Of a stretch of DNA of 64,000 nt, positions 26,289 through 40,000 are shown in pieces. The translations under genes and the position numbers were made by a program. This stretch comes from Utricularia gibba (taxonomy: Eukaryota > Plantae > Magnoliophyta), in contig NEEC01000012.1 of assembly GCA_002189035.1 (NCBI GenBank), positions 2,170,001 to 2,234,000 on the forward strand. The letters run 5' to 3'. The notes under the pieces were generated by a model that worked only from the letters and a program-made list of their open reading frames with translations, was not told the DNA's origin and ran no database searches. Positions within the stretch are counted from its first letter, which is position 1. Each line of letters begins with the position of its first letter.

Positions 26289-29200
26289 CTAGAAGAGGTC
26301 CACTTTCCTTTTGAGCATGTCCTGCTTCCATTTTGGCAGCTTGTAGAAAGCATCCTTAGGCATGCCCAGTACGGTTATGAATTCATCATCCGATAGATAA
26401 ACCTTACAACAGTAAACACGAATCAGTAGTAAGTCTCTTTACTTGCTGTTGCATGTCATGAGTGCAATAACTACGTAACCAACCTCTCTGCGTTTAAGAT
26501 CTATTCCTTGCGCAGGGTTGTCAGATTTAGACTTCAACTGTTCATATGTGAAAGTACTCTGACTATCATCCAAGCCATTTTCATCTCCATTGCTTTCTGT
26601 ACTAGTTTGAGAATCCTGGCCATTATCTTCTTCAACTGGCACAATTGGCACGGCTTCCTCAACTTCTGAGATTTCTTTGCTACCTTCAGCTTCAATTACT
26701 TCTTTACTCTTGCTTGGAGCTAGTATATAGTAGTTCAACGAGAAGGTATATTAACAACGTAGCAGAAAAATATCTCAGAAGTCAGTAGATTTAAAGATAC
26801 CAGGAGTGCTAGCCTCTATTGCTGGACTTCTTTGTGAACGAGCAGGAGATTCATCATTTGACTTTTTCTTTTCCTTTTCGGCAGTCAACACTGATGATAA
26901 CGCAGCCACTGCTGCTGCTCTCTGTGACCCTTGGCTTTTTCCTGCAGATCTAGGAGCTGGTGCAGGTTTTGGAGATGATGAAGAAGTAAATGCAGAGTTC
27001 AAAGCAGCTAGAGCTGAAGCTCTTTGAGTTGGGCCTCCATTATTTACAACATTAGACTTTTCCTGAATTGATTTAATAAACAAACAATTGCCATACGCAG
27101 TGTGAGGTTTTTTGACTCTTATCTCGGGAAAAAAACTCACGAACAATACAGCAAAACCTCAAATGCATGCTTACCTCCACAGCATGGCCGGCACCCAAAA
27201 TTTGCAGAACCTTCCTTTGAAATGAATTTCCATGCGTCTGTTTAAGAAAACGTTCAGTAACTTTATGCATCCAATACACAACTAAGAATCAGAGGTTTCT
27301 TTGGTAGGAGAGCAGCATAAATTTTATAATGTGAGAATAGGAAACGTACGCTTGCTTTTGCAGGATCCCAAGAAAAATGTGTGGTGAAGAAACTTGGTTC
27401 ATTTCCATCAGTGACCTTATACAATGGAACATTTTGAGCACGGCCATCTAATGATGCAGCAAACTCCAGGTATTTCTGGGATACACATATTCATGAGTAA
27501 ACACAGCATCAATCTGACATTTTTATCAAATGAAAGACTGTTATGTACCTTCCCAATCTCAAATGCGTCTTGCTTTTCTTTTGGATCCGCTGAATGGCCA
27601 ACCCAAACGAACACCTCAGCATGTGTATCTAGTATCAGAATGTCCTCTGGCAACAGGTCATCCTGGGAGAAATTGTGGATTTCTTCTACCTGAAAGACCA
27701 GAAGACATAAGTATCTTCAGAGGCATAAGTAGTAACTATCATGAATCATAAGCTACGGTTTATTTACATACCTGAAACTTCCCTGGAAATTAGAGTGCAT
27801 GAAATAGGGAACATGTCAGGATGCATCCAAGAATTTGACTCAATGAAACTAACATAACTTGGAAAAAAAAAAGCTGGCGCTAGATGAGGTTGGTACCTTT
27901 GTTGATATTGAACTCAAACAAGTGAGGATCCCGGAAAACCTCGAATAGTGGCTTCTTACTCATATAAATTTGTTTCCCTCCAAGTGGAAACCAAAATGAC
28001 GAGCTTTCGTTGCCCTCTTTAGTGTGTTTGACGACTGATCCTGGCTGCATTTCGAAAGGAAATCTTGAAGTAAGCAAACCAATTTACTCAAACATATGGG
28101 AATAATCAAAGGCATGCTTACAAAACACATACCTTCAGAAACTCAGCAACTTTGGCGGCTAGCTGTTGCTGATCAGAGGTGCTTTGATTACCATGCCAGC
28201 TAAAAATAAATGATCCCGATTGGAGCAGAAAACACTCATTGGAATTCAATGACGTTGCCACCTTCAACACAACAGAATCTCATTCACTATAGTGGATAAT
28301 ATAGCCATTGAACACCTTTTGTAAAATAAGACAGAAGGTGAATGCGCACTGGTTCCACTTGAACAACTTTATTATTATGTGGGGAAGTTCCAGATACACA
28401 GAACAGTGCAACTCCATCCACAGTGTACGTTTCATCACATAATCCTTTGTCAGCAATGTAATTTTTGTACTTAGAGCTCAATCCACCCTACAAAACAAGA
28501 TTCATTACGTGTCAGGCAACATACTGCAGTTTTTCCTTCACATTTTTCATAAAAATTTGAAAGAATACCTTAAGGACCACCATAGCCTGGAACATTGCAA
28601 TAAGCTGAGGTGGCTCTTTTCCTTGGAATATTTGACCCTGCACACAACAAACTTTTCCTTTTGGGTCTTCTAATTTTCAACTAAGAAAGTCACATCAACT
28701 AGAACTACTGGTACCTGGACTGGTCGACACTTCAGTGAGACAAACATTGCCGATGACAATTTAGCTGCTGTTCTCTGGTCTTCCTAAAAATTAAAAAAAA
28801 AAAACCTACCACCTTATAATACCTTCTCATACCATAGACGCACATTGTGTTCAGTTACATTCGTAAAGCATCCAAAATGCAGTAAATAATGGAAACGGGA
28901 AAAATGTAGGGGTGAAGTCTCATAGCCAGGCAAAGTATTCAAGGAAAATGCAAGGATGAAAATGCAAATGATGAGTAGTAGAACCTCAACACTGTTTTTT
29001 CCGATCCAGTAACAGAGGTAGTAATCTTCTTTACGCTCTTGAGAATGGTATGTGTAAAGCACAATGTAGCAATCTCCGCTATAAAATTTCCCTATGTCCT
29101 CATTTGGAACTGGGATTTTTGCACTACCATTGATCCTCCAAACCTAGAGGAGCATTACAAGGAATTTTTCTCACATGGCTTCGGATTAATGTGCTAAAAA

Positions 29201-31159
29201 GAGATTTCTAAACACTGAAAATACATGTTCATCTCATACCTCTAATTTTCCACCTTCTTCAAGCAATGGAGGCACTTCCTCATTAGCAGGTGCACTTTTA
29301 ATTGCTCCTTTCACACCACTTTGCTGTTTCAGAAAAGCTACATATTTTGATGAAAACCTGCAAAGGTCAGTTGGCAATTTTCAAAAGCGTGTACACTAAG
29401 ATCATCAGTAGATATACCGGCAACTTTCCCCCTCGCCTCCTCAGCCCCAGTAGGTACAGTTCCAGATGGCCAAGAATCAAAATTCAACTTGAAAGACTGA
29501 GTTTCATAACCTTGAATAAGCCGAGTTACACGTGTCGATCTCGGCCTATTTTGGCTGGCAATAAAATCCTGTAATCTCATTCTTGGGGTTAAAATTTCAA
29601 CTATTTACAGTGTAGTAAGAAAAGCATAACATCAAAATTCGACCTCTGCTACTTGAAATGCAGATTTTCTCTCATCAACTTGTGTGACCCGACCAACCCA
29701 GACAAATATCTCACCACCACAATCCAATAAGTAGCACTTGTTATTTTCAAGAAGCGACTTGGAAAGTTCACCATCCACAGACTTAACTTCACCATCTGTG
29801 ATACTACAAAAAACAATTGCGAAAGTTGGTTATCTCACTAAGAACTTCATTTTTGCTCTGTCGTAGAGTTACATGTGAGTTACCTGTAAAGCTGCGGAGG
29901 TTTCTTCTCAGGTATTAAATCATCTTCAGATGCAACTTTCTTAGAAATCGGAGCAAAACCACCAAAGAGGACCCAAAATTCGCCAGAACTGGACTCCATC
30001 TGTAGATTCCCATCATCTGTGGAGGGTTTTTGGTCAAACTCAGTACAGAGAAAATACTAAGGATATTAGTAAAAAAGCTGCACACAACCAAGAAATAAAG
30101 GTAATTCATTTCTTACCAACAATTGCAACATCACATTTTCCTTCATGATACTTGTCCTTCAGAAACTGAATTACTTCTAATGCTTTGGCTCTCTCTTGAA
30201 TATTTGAGTTTGCACCATTGAATTGGTATATCTTCTCTTTAGTGTCAAGTATAAACACATCATCATGATTCAGTGAGGACCGAGAAAACGTGACCTGGAT
30301 GATATGCCACAGAGATCAATATGCATGATCTTGTTGACAAGGATTCTTTCAAAAGAGAATCATCGGATGTAACCTGCAATTTTGATATATATGAATACCT
30401 GTTTCAATCTGGCCACACGTTTTCCTTGACAGACATACAATCTTGTCTCAAACTCTTCTTCCTCCGGCTTCTTGAACCCAGAAGCAATACCTCCTTCTCG
30501 AGGAATGATGCATGGCTTAAAGTAGGATAAAAATTTGTCAGACTCATGGCCCTGGGGCTCCCGATATTGCACAGCTCGTCCACCAAGCACTGCATCAAGC
30601 TCAACAGTTTTAATTGCTGCTGTGCCCGCCTCATCCTAACAGCAAAAATTAGCATCAGAGCTTATGATCATTACAAGAAATACATAACATCTTTGTTAAC
30701 ATGGATGAAAGCAACTTTCGTTCACCTGGCTCGTATCCTTCCCAAGCCAGAAGTGTATGTCATAAATATAAGCACCACCCTTTACAGCAGTCGTCTACAT
30801 AGATAAATATTCATAAGCATAACACTATCCTACACAGAAGGATTTCTGAAAACTGAATCAGCAAAGGCAAACCTGAAGGATGATATATGAATCTCCGGAG
30901 TAGAATGTACCATAATCAGATTTTGCCAAAGGAACCGGCTGGAAGTTCTCAATCCTCCATATTTCTGTTCCTCTATCATATGTTAAGCTAAACAGGTAAT
31001 GCTCAAATTGGACATGTAAAAACTTGGACTTAAATTGGCAGCCAGTATGGCATGCATTCTTCACTGGGTCGTCAGTGAAGGACAGTAGCAAGAAAAAGGA
31101 TACACTTTCTGACCGGCAGTCTGGAAAGCAGGTTCAGAAGCTTTTGAAGAGCTGGACAT
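26289..31159 (-). CDS. VLN: Villin-2/3-like actin-bundling protein (~22 exons; gelsolin repeats plus headpiece)
   Basis: The gene can be spliced in frame from [29 protein letters not shown] through six gelsolin domains to the headpiece (YLSDDEF...[19 protein letters not shown]). Confidence 0.94.
27772..27782 (-). other. 11-nt coding microexon of villin
   Basis: aatttccag|GGAAGTTTCAG|gtatgt; it supplies (G)KFQ between NINK and [12 protein letters not shown] and keeps the frame. Confidence 0.85.
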
Positions 31160-32855
31160 TATGGAATGTAAAACAAGACGCGCACCTGACCCTTATCTTC
31201 TACCAGAAACAACTGCAAGAAGTGATCAAGAAAAACTGAACATCCATCAGATTAAATTCTCAAAATTAAGATTGTAGCACCGAACACTGTCGAGTAAAAG
31301 GGGAGTACAAGCAAGAAAAAGCCATATTTCTGCACACAAAAAACATGAACCATTTCAGAAGCCATTATGTCAAAAGAATGGAAAACCGATTGACCATTTT
31401 GAAAGTGACTATGAAAGTTCCTCTGTGATTCTTAATACTTCGGATGATAAACTGCAAAATAAGATCAGAATCCATAAACTCAGGCAAGACTCGAATATGA
31501 TGTCCTGTCATTATAAAAAGATTCAGAATTTCGACGCCTTCATGGCCATTTCCTGTGATAATCAAAACATCTTATGAAACTAGACCAGGAAAATCAAGGC
31601 ATTGCCAATAAAGACAAGGTACAGATCATCAAAAGGACTGTGGCATTCATTTGGACAACCTTTCTCAGAAGAAGATGAGATCCAAGATCTATCCAAAAAG
31701 CTTTTAATTCAACGAAGAACCAAGCAAGAAGATGGATCTAAAATCGCTACCAATGAAAAAAAACCCAGTTAAGAAGCTTCACAAAAGCATCTTTTTCTCT
31801 TTCCCAAACTTCTTTCTTCGCAGAGAAACGACCCCGAAACCAACAATAAAGAGTCAGAAGGACAAAAGTGTAGTAGCATCAGAGCTGGCAGCAAATGGGA
31901 CTAGAGATAAAAAAGAGAAATTTCAGTAGGACAACATCAGGGTCAGTGGTTCAGTGCATCCAATTCATTAAACCATATACGTGGTTTGGTGGGTTTTTTT
32001 TACTCCCACAACCTTTTTCAGTTCACGTTCACTACTCCTTCACAACATCCACAAAAGGGAAGAGAAGGGAATATCCGTTGAAGGTAGAAAGACTCGATCC
32101 GGGCGTTACCTTGGTAATGGTGGGGGCAACTCCCACACAAGCTGCTTTTTTCTCCTTTATTGTCCTCTTTTCAGTTACAAGATGTTTCATTTCCAATCTC
32201 ATCAAGATCACAGTTTGTGCAAAACATCAATGATTCGAATCATTACGCTCTTAAAGCTACAAATTTTGAAACTTTCTCCTCCATGAAATTCCCAAACCAA
32301 CCTACCATTTTCACTCTGTAATCCAATTGGTCAGAATAGATGCCACAAAGGAATATTTTTTTAAAAAAAGGCAACTACAACGAAATGGCAGACCACGGTC
32401 AGAAAACATTAAAATATAATCACATAAGCATAGCATCATATTCAATAAAATTAAATATGAGTAGATGGAAGTTGATAGTTGTGATGAAGATCTTCCAGGT
32501 AGGTAGATGTTACTTTACAAAGGGAATAGAAAATTGACACAAGGATCAATTCACCAAACTCAGACGTGTATTATATGCATTTGGTACTTTAAAAACCTGT
32601 AAATAAATTATATTATATGGAAAGGATCCAAGAACTCACCTTTTGACAGACATTTCACCCTAAAAAAATTAAAGTGTGTTCTCAAAGTAAGAATGAAAAA
32701 TAAAAATCAAATGAAAATTCGTATTTTATCATTTAAAGAAATAGAAATTGTATTTTTTTAGAAATAAAATTTAATTGGTTTTTGAAAAATCATTAATTTT
32801 TATTTTTTTATAATGAGAAATAAAAAAAAGGAATTTATATAGAACATAACCTTAA

Positions 32856-33208
32856 TACTCTATTTGATTCTATTTTTCAAAAAATATTTTTCGAAAAGTA
32901 ATTCTAATATAATAACAATTGAATCTTTATATTTTTTAAAAAGAAGAAATGTGTCTGAATGTATGCTCTTATTAGAGTAAAAATTATTTATTTTTTATAA
33001 CAAAACTAATTTTAAAATACATTTTTTATAACGTATATTGTTAGAAAAACATTTTAAAAACAATTATTAAATAATAACTTCAAATAACCTTCTTGAATTC
33101 TTAATTTTTTAATTTTCAATTATTTTTAAAAAATATAGAAATTTACTTTCTATTTTACTAAAAATACTTCTTGAAATGTATTTTTCAAAATAGAATCAAA
33201 TAGAACCT
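32856..33208. mobile_element. Tourist/PIF-Harbinger-like MITE (~350 bp)
   Basis: An imperfect terminal inverted repeat of ~40 bp: CTATTTGATTCTATTTTTCAAAAAATATTTTTCGAAAAGTA at the left end versus TACTTCTTGAAATGTATTTTTCAAAATAGAATCAAATAGAA at the right. The interior is AT-rich and non-coding; TAA flanks the left end. Confidence 0.6.
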
Positions 33209-33896
33209 ATTTTATTCAATATTTGATAGTTAGTCTTGAAGAATGATTTATTTGGAATAAACATTTGGTAAAAAATTTTATTGTAAACATATAAAAATTT
33301 AATTTGAAATTAATTTTAAATAATATCATGTAAATGGAAAAACATAAGATTATTTTATTTTAGACCTTAAATATAATTTAAAACTACAATACATGCATAC
33401 ATAAAAAACTTTAACATAATTAAATTCGTCTATCAAATATATTTAAAATCTAAATCTATAAATTTTATTTTTATTTTAAATTATGTAACTTAACTTTTAA
33501 ATAAACTAAAAAAGGTGCCTTTAATATTTGATGTGCGTAGATGATGTATGAAATATGAGATGTTACACCTACCTCATTATTACAATTGATTTTGGTACCA
33601 AGCTCAATTCAATATATTGGCTCTGTATTGAGATTATTATTAAAAATGTACTTGAGAATAATGGAAAAAAAAAACCGAAAAAATCAATAATTGAACCAAA
33701 CCGAAATTATTTCGCTTTTTTTTCGGTAGATTCTGCTATTTGGTTAAATTGAATGATTTTAAATTTTTAATAAAATAGAATATTAATAGAAAATGATTTT
33801 TTTAAAAAAAAAATACATTAAATTTCAGTTTTCAATTATATTACTTTTATAAGGCGGAAAGAGCAAATCAGCCTTCTTAGTGATGTGGGTTTTTCA

Positions 33897-33929
33897 TGGG
33901 CCAAAGCGCAATTTAAGTTTCACGGCCCA
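33897..33929. promoter_or_regulatory. Site II (TCP-type) elements upstream of RRP43
   Basis: TGGGCC at 33897-33902 and GGCCCA at 33924-33929, just before the GC-rich 5' UTR. Confidence 0.5.
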
Positions 33930-34710
33930 CGGTTACTTCGCCACCGTCGTGTTTTTTCGACTCCGGCGCCGTCCTCACTGCTATCGCAGCGAAGCGAAGC
34001 GGAAGTCTTGGGGATTAGTAGTCACTTTTAAGTTGCCGAGCGGCCGACATTCATAGCTTGAATTGGAGAAGTTTTCAATCAAAGTCGTTGGAATCAAGCG
34101 GAGGTGGCGACGCGACCGGTGGTTTTAGGATTTTCTTGGGAGAGTGGCTCGTGAGAAACGGTTTTTAGGAGATTTGACGACTTCAGAAACTTTTCTTACT
34201 AGGTACATCAGCTCGAACTGCTGGGTTTGATGTCGATGGTTTTGTGGATGTTGGTGTAGCTAGTGTTAGGGTGAAAAAGCTTTCTCCTTGGATTTTTTTT
34301 AGATATGGGTTTTGGCTGGGAATTGTCTGGTTGTGCTGTTCATAGTCAGTTAACGAAGTTCAGTGCGATTGTGTTTTTCCTTTTGTAACTTGTTATTTTT
34401 TTGTCTCGGGTATTGATGGACATTCATATACTCATCGAACTCGCATTTCGTGGGTTGATGATGCATCTATCAATTTGTAGTATATCTTTTTTGATGGCTT
34501 GCGCCTATGTAAAGCCCCGCTGGCATATGTAGTCATTATCTGATTCTGCTAGGTTTTCCCAAGATTTGTAGTTCACACGAAATTTCATTTGTAAGCATCA
34601 GAAAATGCTGCTATCCTGTAATTTTTTTTTTTATTTCCGTTCTGCAAAAAGGATCAAATGAAAGGCAGTTCCTATAAGATACAATTTGAATGTTGCAGAG
34701 GTCGCCGGAA

Positions 34711-36411
34711 ATGGCTGCTACTAGCGGAGCAAGCGATTTGTCTTCAGAGATTGAAGTGGATTCTTTCAGACGTCTTTTCCCTCTGCAGTTTCACGAGCGC
34801 CATCTAGTTGAATCAATAAGGCCTGATGGGCGCCCTCTTGGAAAAGCTAGAGACACTACCGTTATGCTTGGTGAACATTATTTTCTTATTTTTTCTGTTT
34901 TATTTTTTAGTAGGCGCATTGTCACTAGAAATCTCGCAATCATGTTTCTAGGAGCTGTAGCATCTGCTAACGGATCAGCATTGGTAAAGATAGGGTCAAC
35001 TGTAAGTCCCTTTTTCGGTGGCTGCTGATGGATATGAAGAACCTTTTATGTTAGGGAATAATGACAGCTGTGTTTACTATCCTCAGACAATGTTAGCTGC
35101 CATCAAGTTGGAAATCATGACTCCGACTGCAGGGGCTCCGAATAGGGGATCCTTAGGTAGGAATATATATATATATATAGATATATATATTTTGCGTAGG
35201 TAACCTAAAATTTAATCTTCCTCTTTACTTATTTAATGGTTCTAATATTTTTACAGCAATTGATTTTCACATGCCTGCTATATGCTCTCCGCTGGTTCGC
35301 CCTGGCAGGCCTGCGGAAATAGCTCCTGTAATATCAAAACAATTATCCGATGCCATTTTGAGGTTAGGGGTTTTTGGTATTCTTTGGGTATTGCCCTACG
35401 CCCCGTCGTTGACACTGATCTGTTAGGATTGGTGTTGTTCTTTCAGTTTTTTGTATTGTCTGCTTGCTTACTTAACTCACTGAACATTCAAGTAGGTAGT
35501 TGATACTTGCTTCTTATTTCACTAGCATACTATTCCTCTGAAATACTGCTGCAGTTCTGGCATGATTAACATGGATGATCTATGTTTAGTCAGCGGTAAA
35601 GCTGCTTGGATGGCCTTTTTGGTAATGAATATTGCATCCCCCTACACCCACAAAGATTCCTGCTATCGGCATAATGAATAAATAAAGATTGTTGCAGGAT
35701 GTGTACTGTTTGGATGCTGATGGTGCCCTTTTCGATGCAGCTATGCTAGCCGTTGTGGCTGCCTTCTCCTCTTGTATATATCTTCTTCATTTTACTCCTA
35801 AATTCACTGTTTGTTTACCCAGCCTTCCGGATTGATGCATAAAGAATTGTCTCGCAGTGGAGATACCAGTTGTTTCGCTGAACGATGATGGAAGGATAGT
35901 TCTTGTACCTGAGGTGAGTCCTGGGGAGATGACTGTCAAGGAGCCTATCAACGTAGAAAAGAAGAAGCTGAAACTCAATACTCTGCCATTTTCACTTACG
36001 TGCTTGCTTCACAAGAACTACATCCTGGCTGATCCCACATCCGAGGAAGAGTCCATTATGGAGACATGCCTAACGGTGGTGCTGGACTCTTCATATCACC
36101 TGGTTTGGCTTAATAAGCCTGGTGGTTCATGTCTTGCACCCACACCAGCAATCAGGGTAACTTTCTTTTCAATGTTACCATTCGTAATTGACTCTGCTGC
36201 CCATTCATATGTTTGATTGTCCATTGACTCTTTGTATATTTGATTGTCAATAGCTTGTGTGATTATGCAAATATGTCTAATTCTTCATGACTGTAGAGCC
36301 ACGTTGAACGTTTCTTTTTGTGTGAAATGTATGCTTTGCATGCAGGAATGCATAAAACTGGCGCGACAACGGGTAAAAGAACTCAGGAAGATCTTGAGTG
36401 AGGCCATTTAG
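34711..36411 (+). CDS. RRP43: Exosome complex component RRP43 (RNase PH fold), 8 exons, with a +1 frameshift at 35559-35561
   Basis: Motifs: EIEVDSFRRLFPLQFHERHLVESIRPDGRPLG, ANGSALVKIGSTTMLAAIKLE, CSPLVRPGRP, GKAAWMAFLDVYCLDADGALFDAAML and YILADPTSEEESIMET. An in-frame upstream ATG lies at 34690. Confidence 0.92.
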
Positions 36412-37076
36412 CCTTTTCTCTTCCATCATGAAAATTCATTCAAGCCACTTGAAAAGATTTTGTTAAGCTAAACCTTCAATTTTTTTGTTTGGTATAGGAT
36501 TCAGTTGGTTTTCTAGTTTATCGGTTGCACTTTAATTTGCTTTTTTTAAAAAAAAAATGAACCGAGTAACAATAGTTTTGATTCATATGTTTAGGTTTGT
36601 TATATTAACTGAAATCGATTAAAAATTGATGGATATTAGTTTGCTTCAGCTTTTGTTTCTGGTTTTGGATTATCATCCTTGAATTAACATGTTCTGAGCA
36701 ACCACTAAAAGCATGCGTTATGTAAAGAATTTCTATTGCATAGAGTAGAAGACATTGTGATTAACTGAAGGGCTGTTAAAAATTGTGTGTTTACATTTCA
36801 CAGTGGAGAGAAATGAATGCCCTTGAAGCTTTTAATTGGACAGTTAATCACTCCAACCCGTTAGTCCTGTGTCATACAGCAGTGAGGAATAACTACAGAA
36901 ATCCATAACCTATATGCAAACCTTAATATACACACATTCCTAATAAGTTTGCAGGAAACAGCTCTACTAAGCTTCAAAGAGCTGTAGAGTTCATCGCTCG
37001 CAGCAACATTTGCAACTCAACGAGGAATCCATATTTAATAGTAGGCTGGCATCGTTTTCTATTCGTTTCTGTCTCA

Positions 37077-40000
37077 TTAGCATCCTGCAGCTTTCAAGAA
37101 GTTGTCATAAGGGCTGGAGGTTGGCAAACTGAAAGACAGAGGTTGATACTGAGATTCTATTGTGGTCATTGCTAAAGCTCCACATGGAGGCTGGATTGGA
37201 ACTCCGGTGACACTTTGATCTGAGTTTCTTCCCTGCATTTTTCCGGAACATGATATTGTTAAAGTCAATGTAAGTATTCACTTCACTATCTACAATTGTT
37301 ATAAAGAGGTTCTTGTCATCAAGGCATTGTATGGAATGTAGAGTCCGGTGTTTACCTTCTGGATGGATAATTGATTAGTCAATTCCCCGGTGTTCCGAGG
37401 TGGCAATGTTAGCGAAGTCCCTTGTTTCTGATTGGTGTTTATGACATAAGACATTTTTTCTTGTTTTCCCATCAAAAGTGACTCACAATGATTGGCCATT
37501 TCTCTGTAGGATGCATCAGGAGCTGTGCTAACAGAGACTCGGCCAACGTGATGACCTGTTTCCAATACCTGCCACAACAAAAAAATGGGATTGTAACATT
37601 TGCTCCTATTGCTTAAAAATTCAAGAACTTACAGATTGCAGAAGTTGATCAACACTGAGGAGCTTGGGAAGCTCAATGGCGATAGTGGAGTTCTGTAGGG
37701 AAGTGTTCTCGACAAGCTCATGCTGAGGCTCATCCTCCCCAAAGAATGAGACGATCTAGAGCATTGAAACAAACTTGCTTTAGAAAACTAGAAGGGTGGT
37801 TCAGTGTTCAACTACATAGAGATCACTCTTGCCTTTTGGAGTGATTTGAAGTTGTACGCATCATTCTGATGCCCAGTGGTAGTGCAGTTAGTATAAAATT
37901 GCCCCCCAACAGAGCATGAATCATCTGGCACAAATTCCTTGAGCAGTTGGTCCATCATGGTACTTTTCTCAGTCTGCCATGATGTATAGTTGAAGAAGTT
38001 AGAAGCAACTGAGCAACCACAGAATCATTCCTCCAAATGCACAAGATGTTTGAGCATTTACCTCCAATAAGTTGTCCAAGTTTTTAACAATCACAGCAAC
38101 AATAGACTCCTTAGTCATTTCTCCTGTCATCTTTATCTCTGAAAGGGATTTCTCGGCAGCCGCGTCATCTTCTTTTGACCCATAAGTCTTCTTTTGCCCC
38201 GAAACAATTCGCAACTTGTCATCCACCAAACACAAAAATGGATCAACCTGACAAGAAAAAAGAAGTTTCAAGGAATATCAGTAAGAGATTACTTTTTTTT
38301 TTTTACTTGTTTTGCAGAATGAATCAGGACGTACCACTTTATTACATAAAATGGATTTGAGTTGTGTGGTGAGAGGGGAAATGTTGTAAGCCTCGGATGC
38401 AAAGATGATCATAGAAGTTGACAGAACAAAGAGCGATCTGCAACGTGAAGGAGGTAGAGGACCTGAGAAAACACAGCATATTTTAGCTAAAAGCTCCCCA
38501 CCAAGAAGGGTCTTGATACCAACAGGTTGTTAAGGCAACGTATACCTCCATGTGCAAGAGAAAAATTTCTCAATGAAAAAGCCAATTGGAAACTTCGGAT
38601 AAGAGCATCCCGATGGGAATTCTATGCCAAAAGAAAAAAAGAAGAGAGAGATTCAAATGCATGATGGTAAGATTTCAAGTGGAAGAAGCAATATATGATA
38701 AATGGAACTTATGGTATATTTGTGGATAATGAACCTGAAACTTACCTTTGCTCTAGAAAACAATAGGAGTAGGCTGAAGGTGTGAGCGATAGCTTCATAA
38801 TTTTCGGGCATATTTGCAGGAGAAACTGACTGTGCCCAAATGGATGAAAGGAGGAGCGTTATTTGGTGACTGCTGAGTCTAAGGGGAACAACATCCTGAA
38901 ATGATGCTTGAGATGCTTCAAATGTAGCATAATCAAATGTAAGATGAAGAAAATGAAAATAAAAATTTACCATTTCTTTAAATGATGCGGTCGGGGAAGA
39001 ATCTGTAGCTGGTGGATGATGCATGCTTTGCATTCGAATGTATGATGACTTGATCTTATTGAGCACACCACTAGTGTGATTCTTCTGGTCTACTTCTCTT
39101 GAAACTCTATCTTGTTGACTCACCTCAAAATGGTTTTCCTTTGAAGTGTCCTTTTTGTTTCTCAGCTTTTCAAACAATGCAGCTGATGAGGAGAACACTG
39201 ATACAGTTCTAGACAATGATCTTGGCAAGTTTAAATTCTTCTTATTGTCCACGACAGGTGAGTCTGACCGAGGACATACTGAAGATGGTACAAGGACAAC
39301 AGAAAATATCTGATGAGCTCCAATCCTTGTCTCAAGATCTGGATGCACCATTGCTGGGAGCAATTGATGAAACAAAGCCTCCGGGAAAGACTGACCATTT
39401 AGTAGGAAAAGAAAAACTGTCAACAAAATGAAATCCCGAGGTAGCAATGTGACAAATGTTATGAAAGATTTGTTTAGATAGAAGTTCTCTAACCTTCTTT
39501 TTATATGTCAAATTTGGCAAAGATGCTATAATTTGAGCCATTCGATAAACAGTAGAAATGGTAGTTCTTGCTATGACAGTTATGCTTGGGACGTTCTCCA
39601 AAGCAGAAGCCATGACATCAAAAATAGGGCCAGCATCTCCAACCTGGTAAAAAATGAAAAGAGAAGCATTATTGATCTCTACAATATCATGAGTTGGGAG
39701 AGGAGACAAAAGAGAGAGAAAGAGAGACAATGAAGCTCAACTTGAATATGGAAATGACTAGCATATTACCTTTGACGACAATTCCATTAGGCATTCATCC
39801 ACTGCTTTGTGAAATTTTCGATTCCACTTGGTGACTTCATTACCAAGTTTAGCGTCATCAAGTGTGCAATGTATACTTTTGCGCAAATGTCTCATGATGT
39901 CACTAACAGCACTCACTATAGCCATTGATGACTGACTCCTTGTGAGTCGAACTAAGGCAGTAAAAACCTCAACAATATCCAATTGCATATCCGGATTATT

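Noticed and set aside
36031-36045. TCCCACATC, similar to the plant snRNA USE
   Set aside because: It lies inside an RRP43 coding exon, with no TATA box or snRNA downstream.
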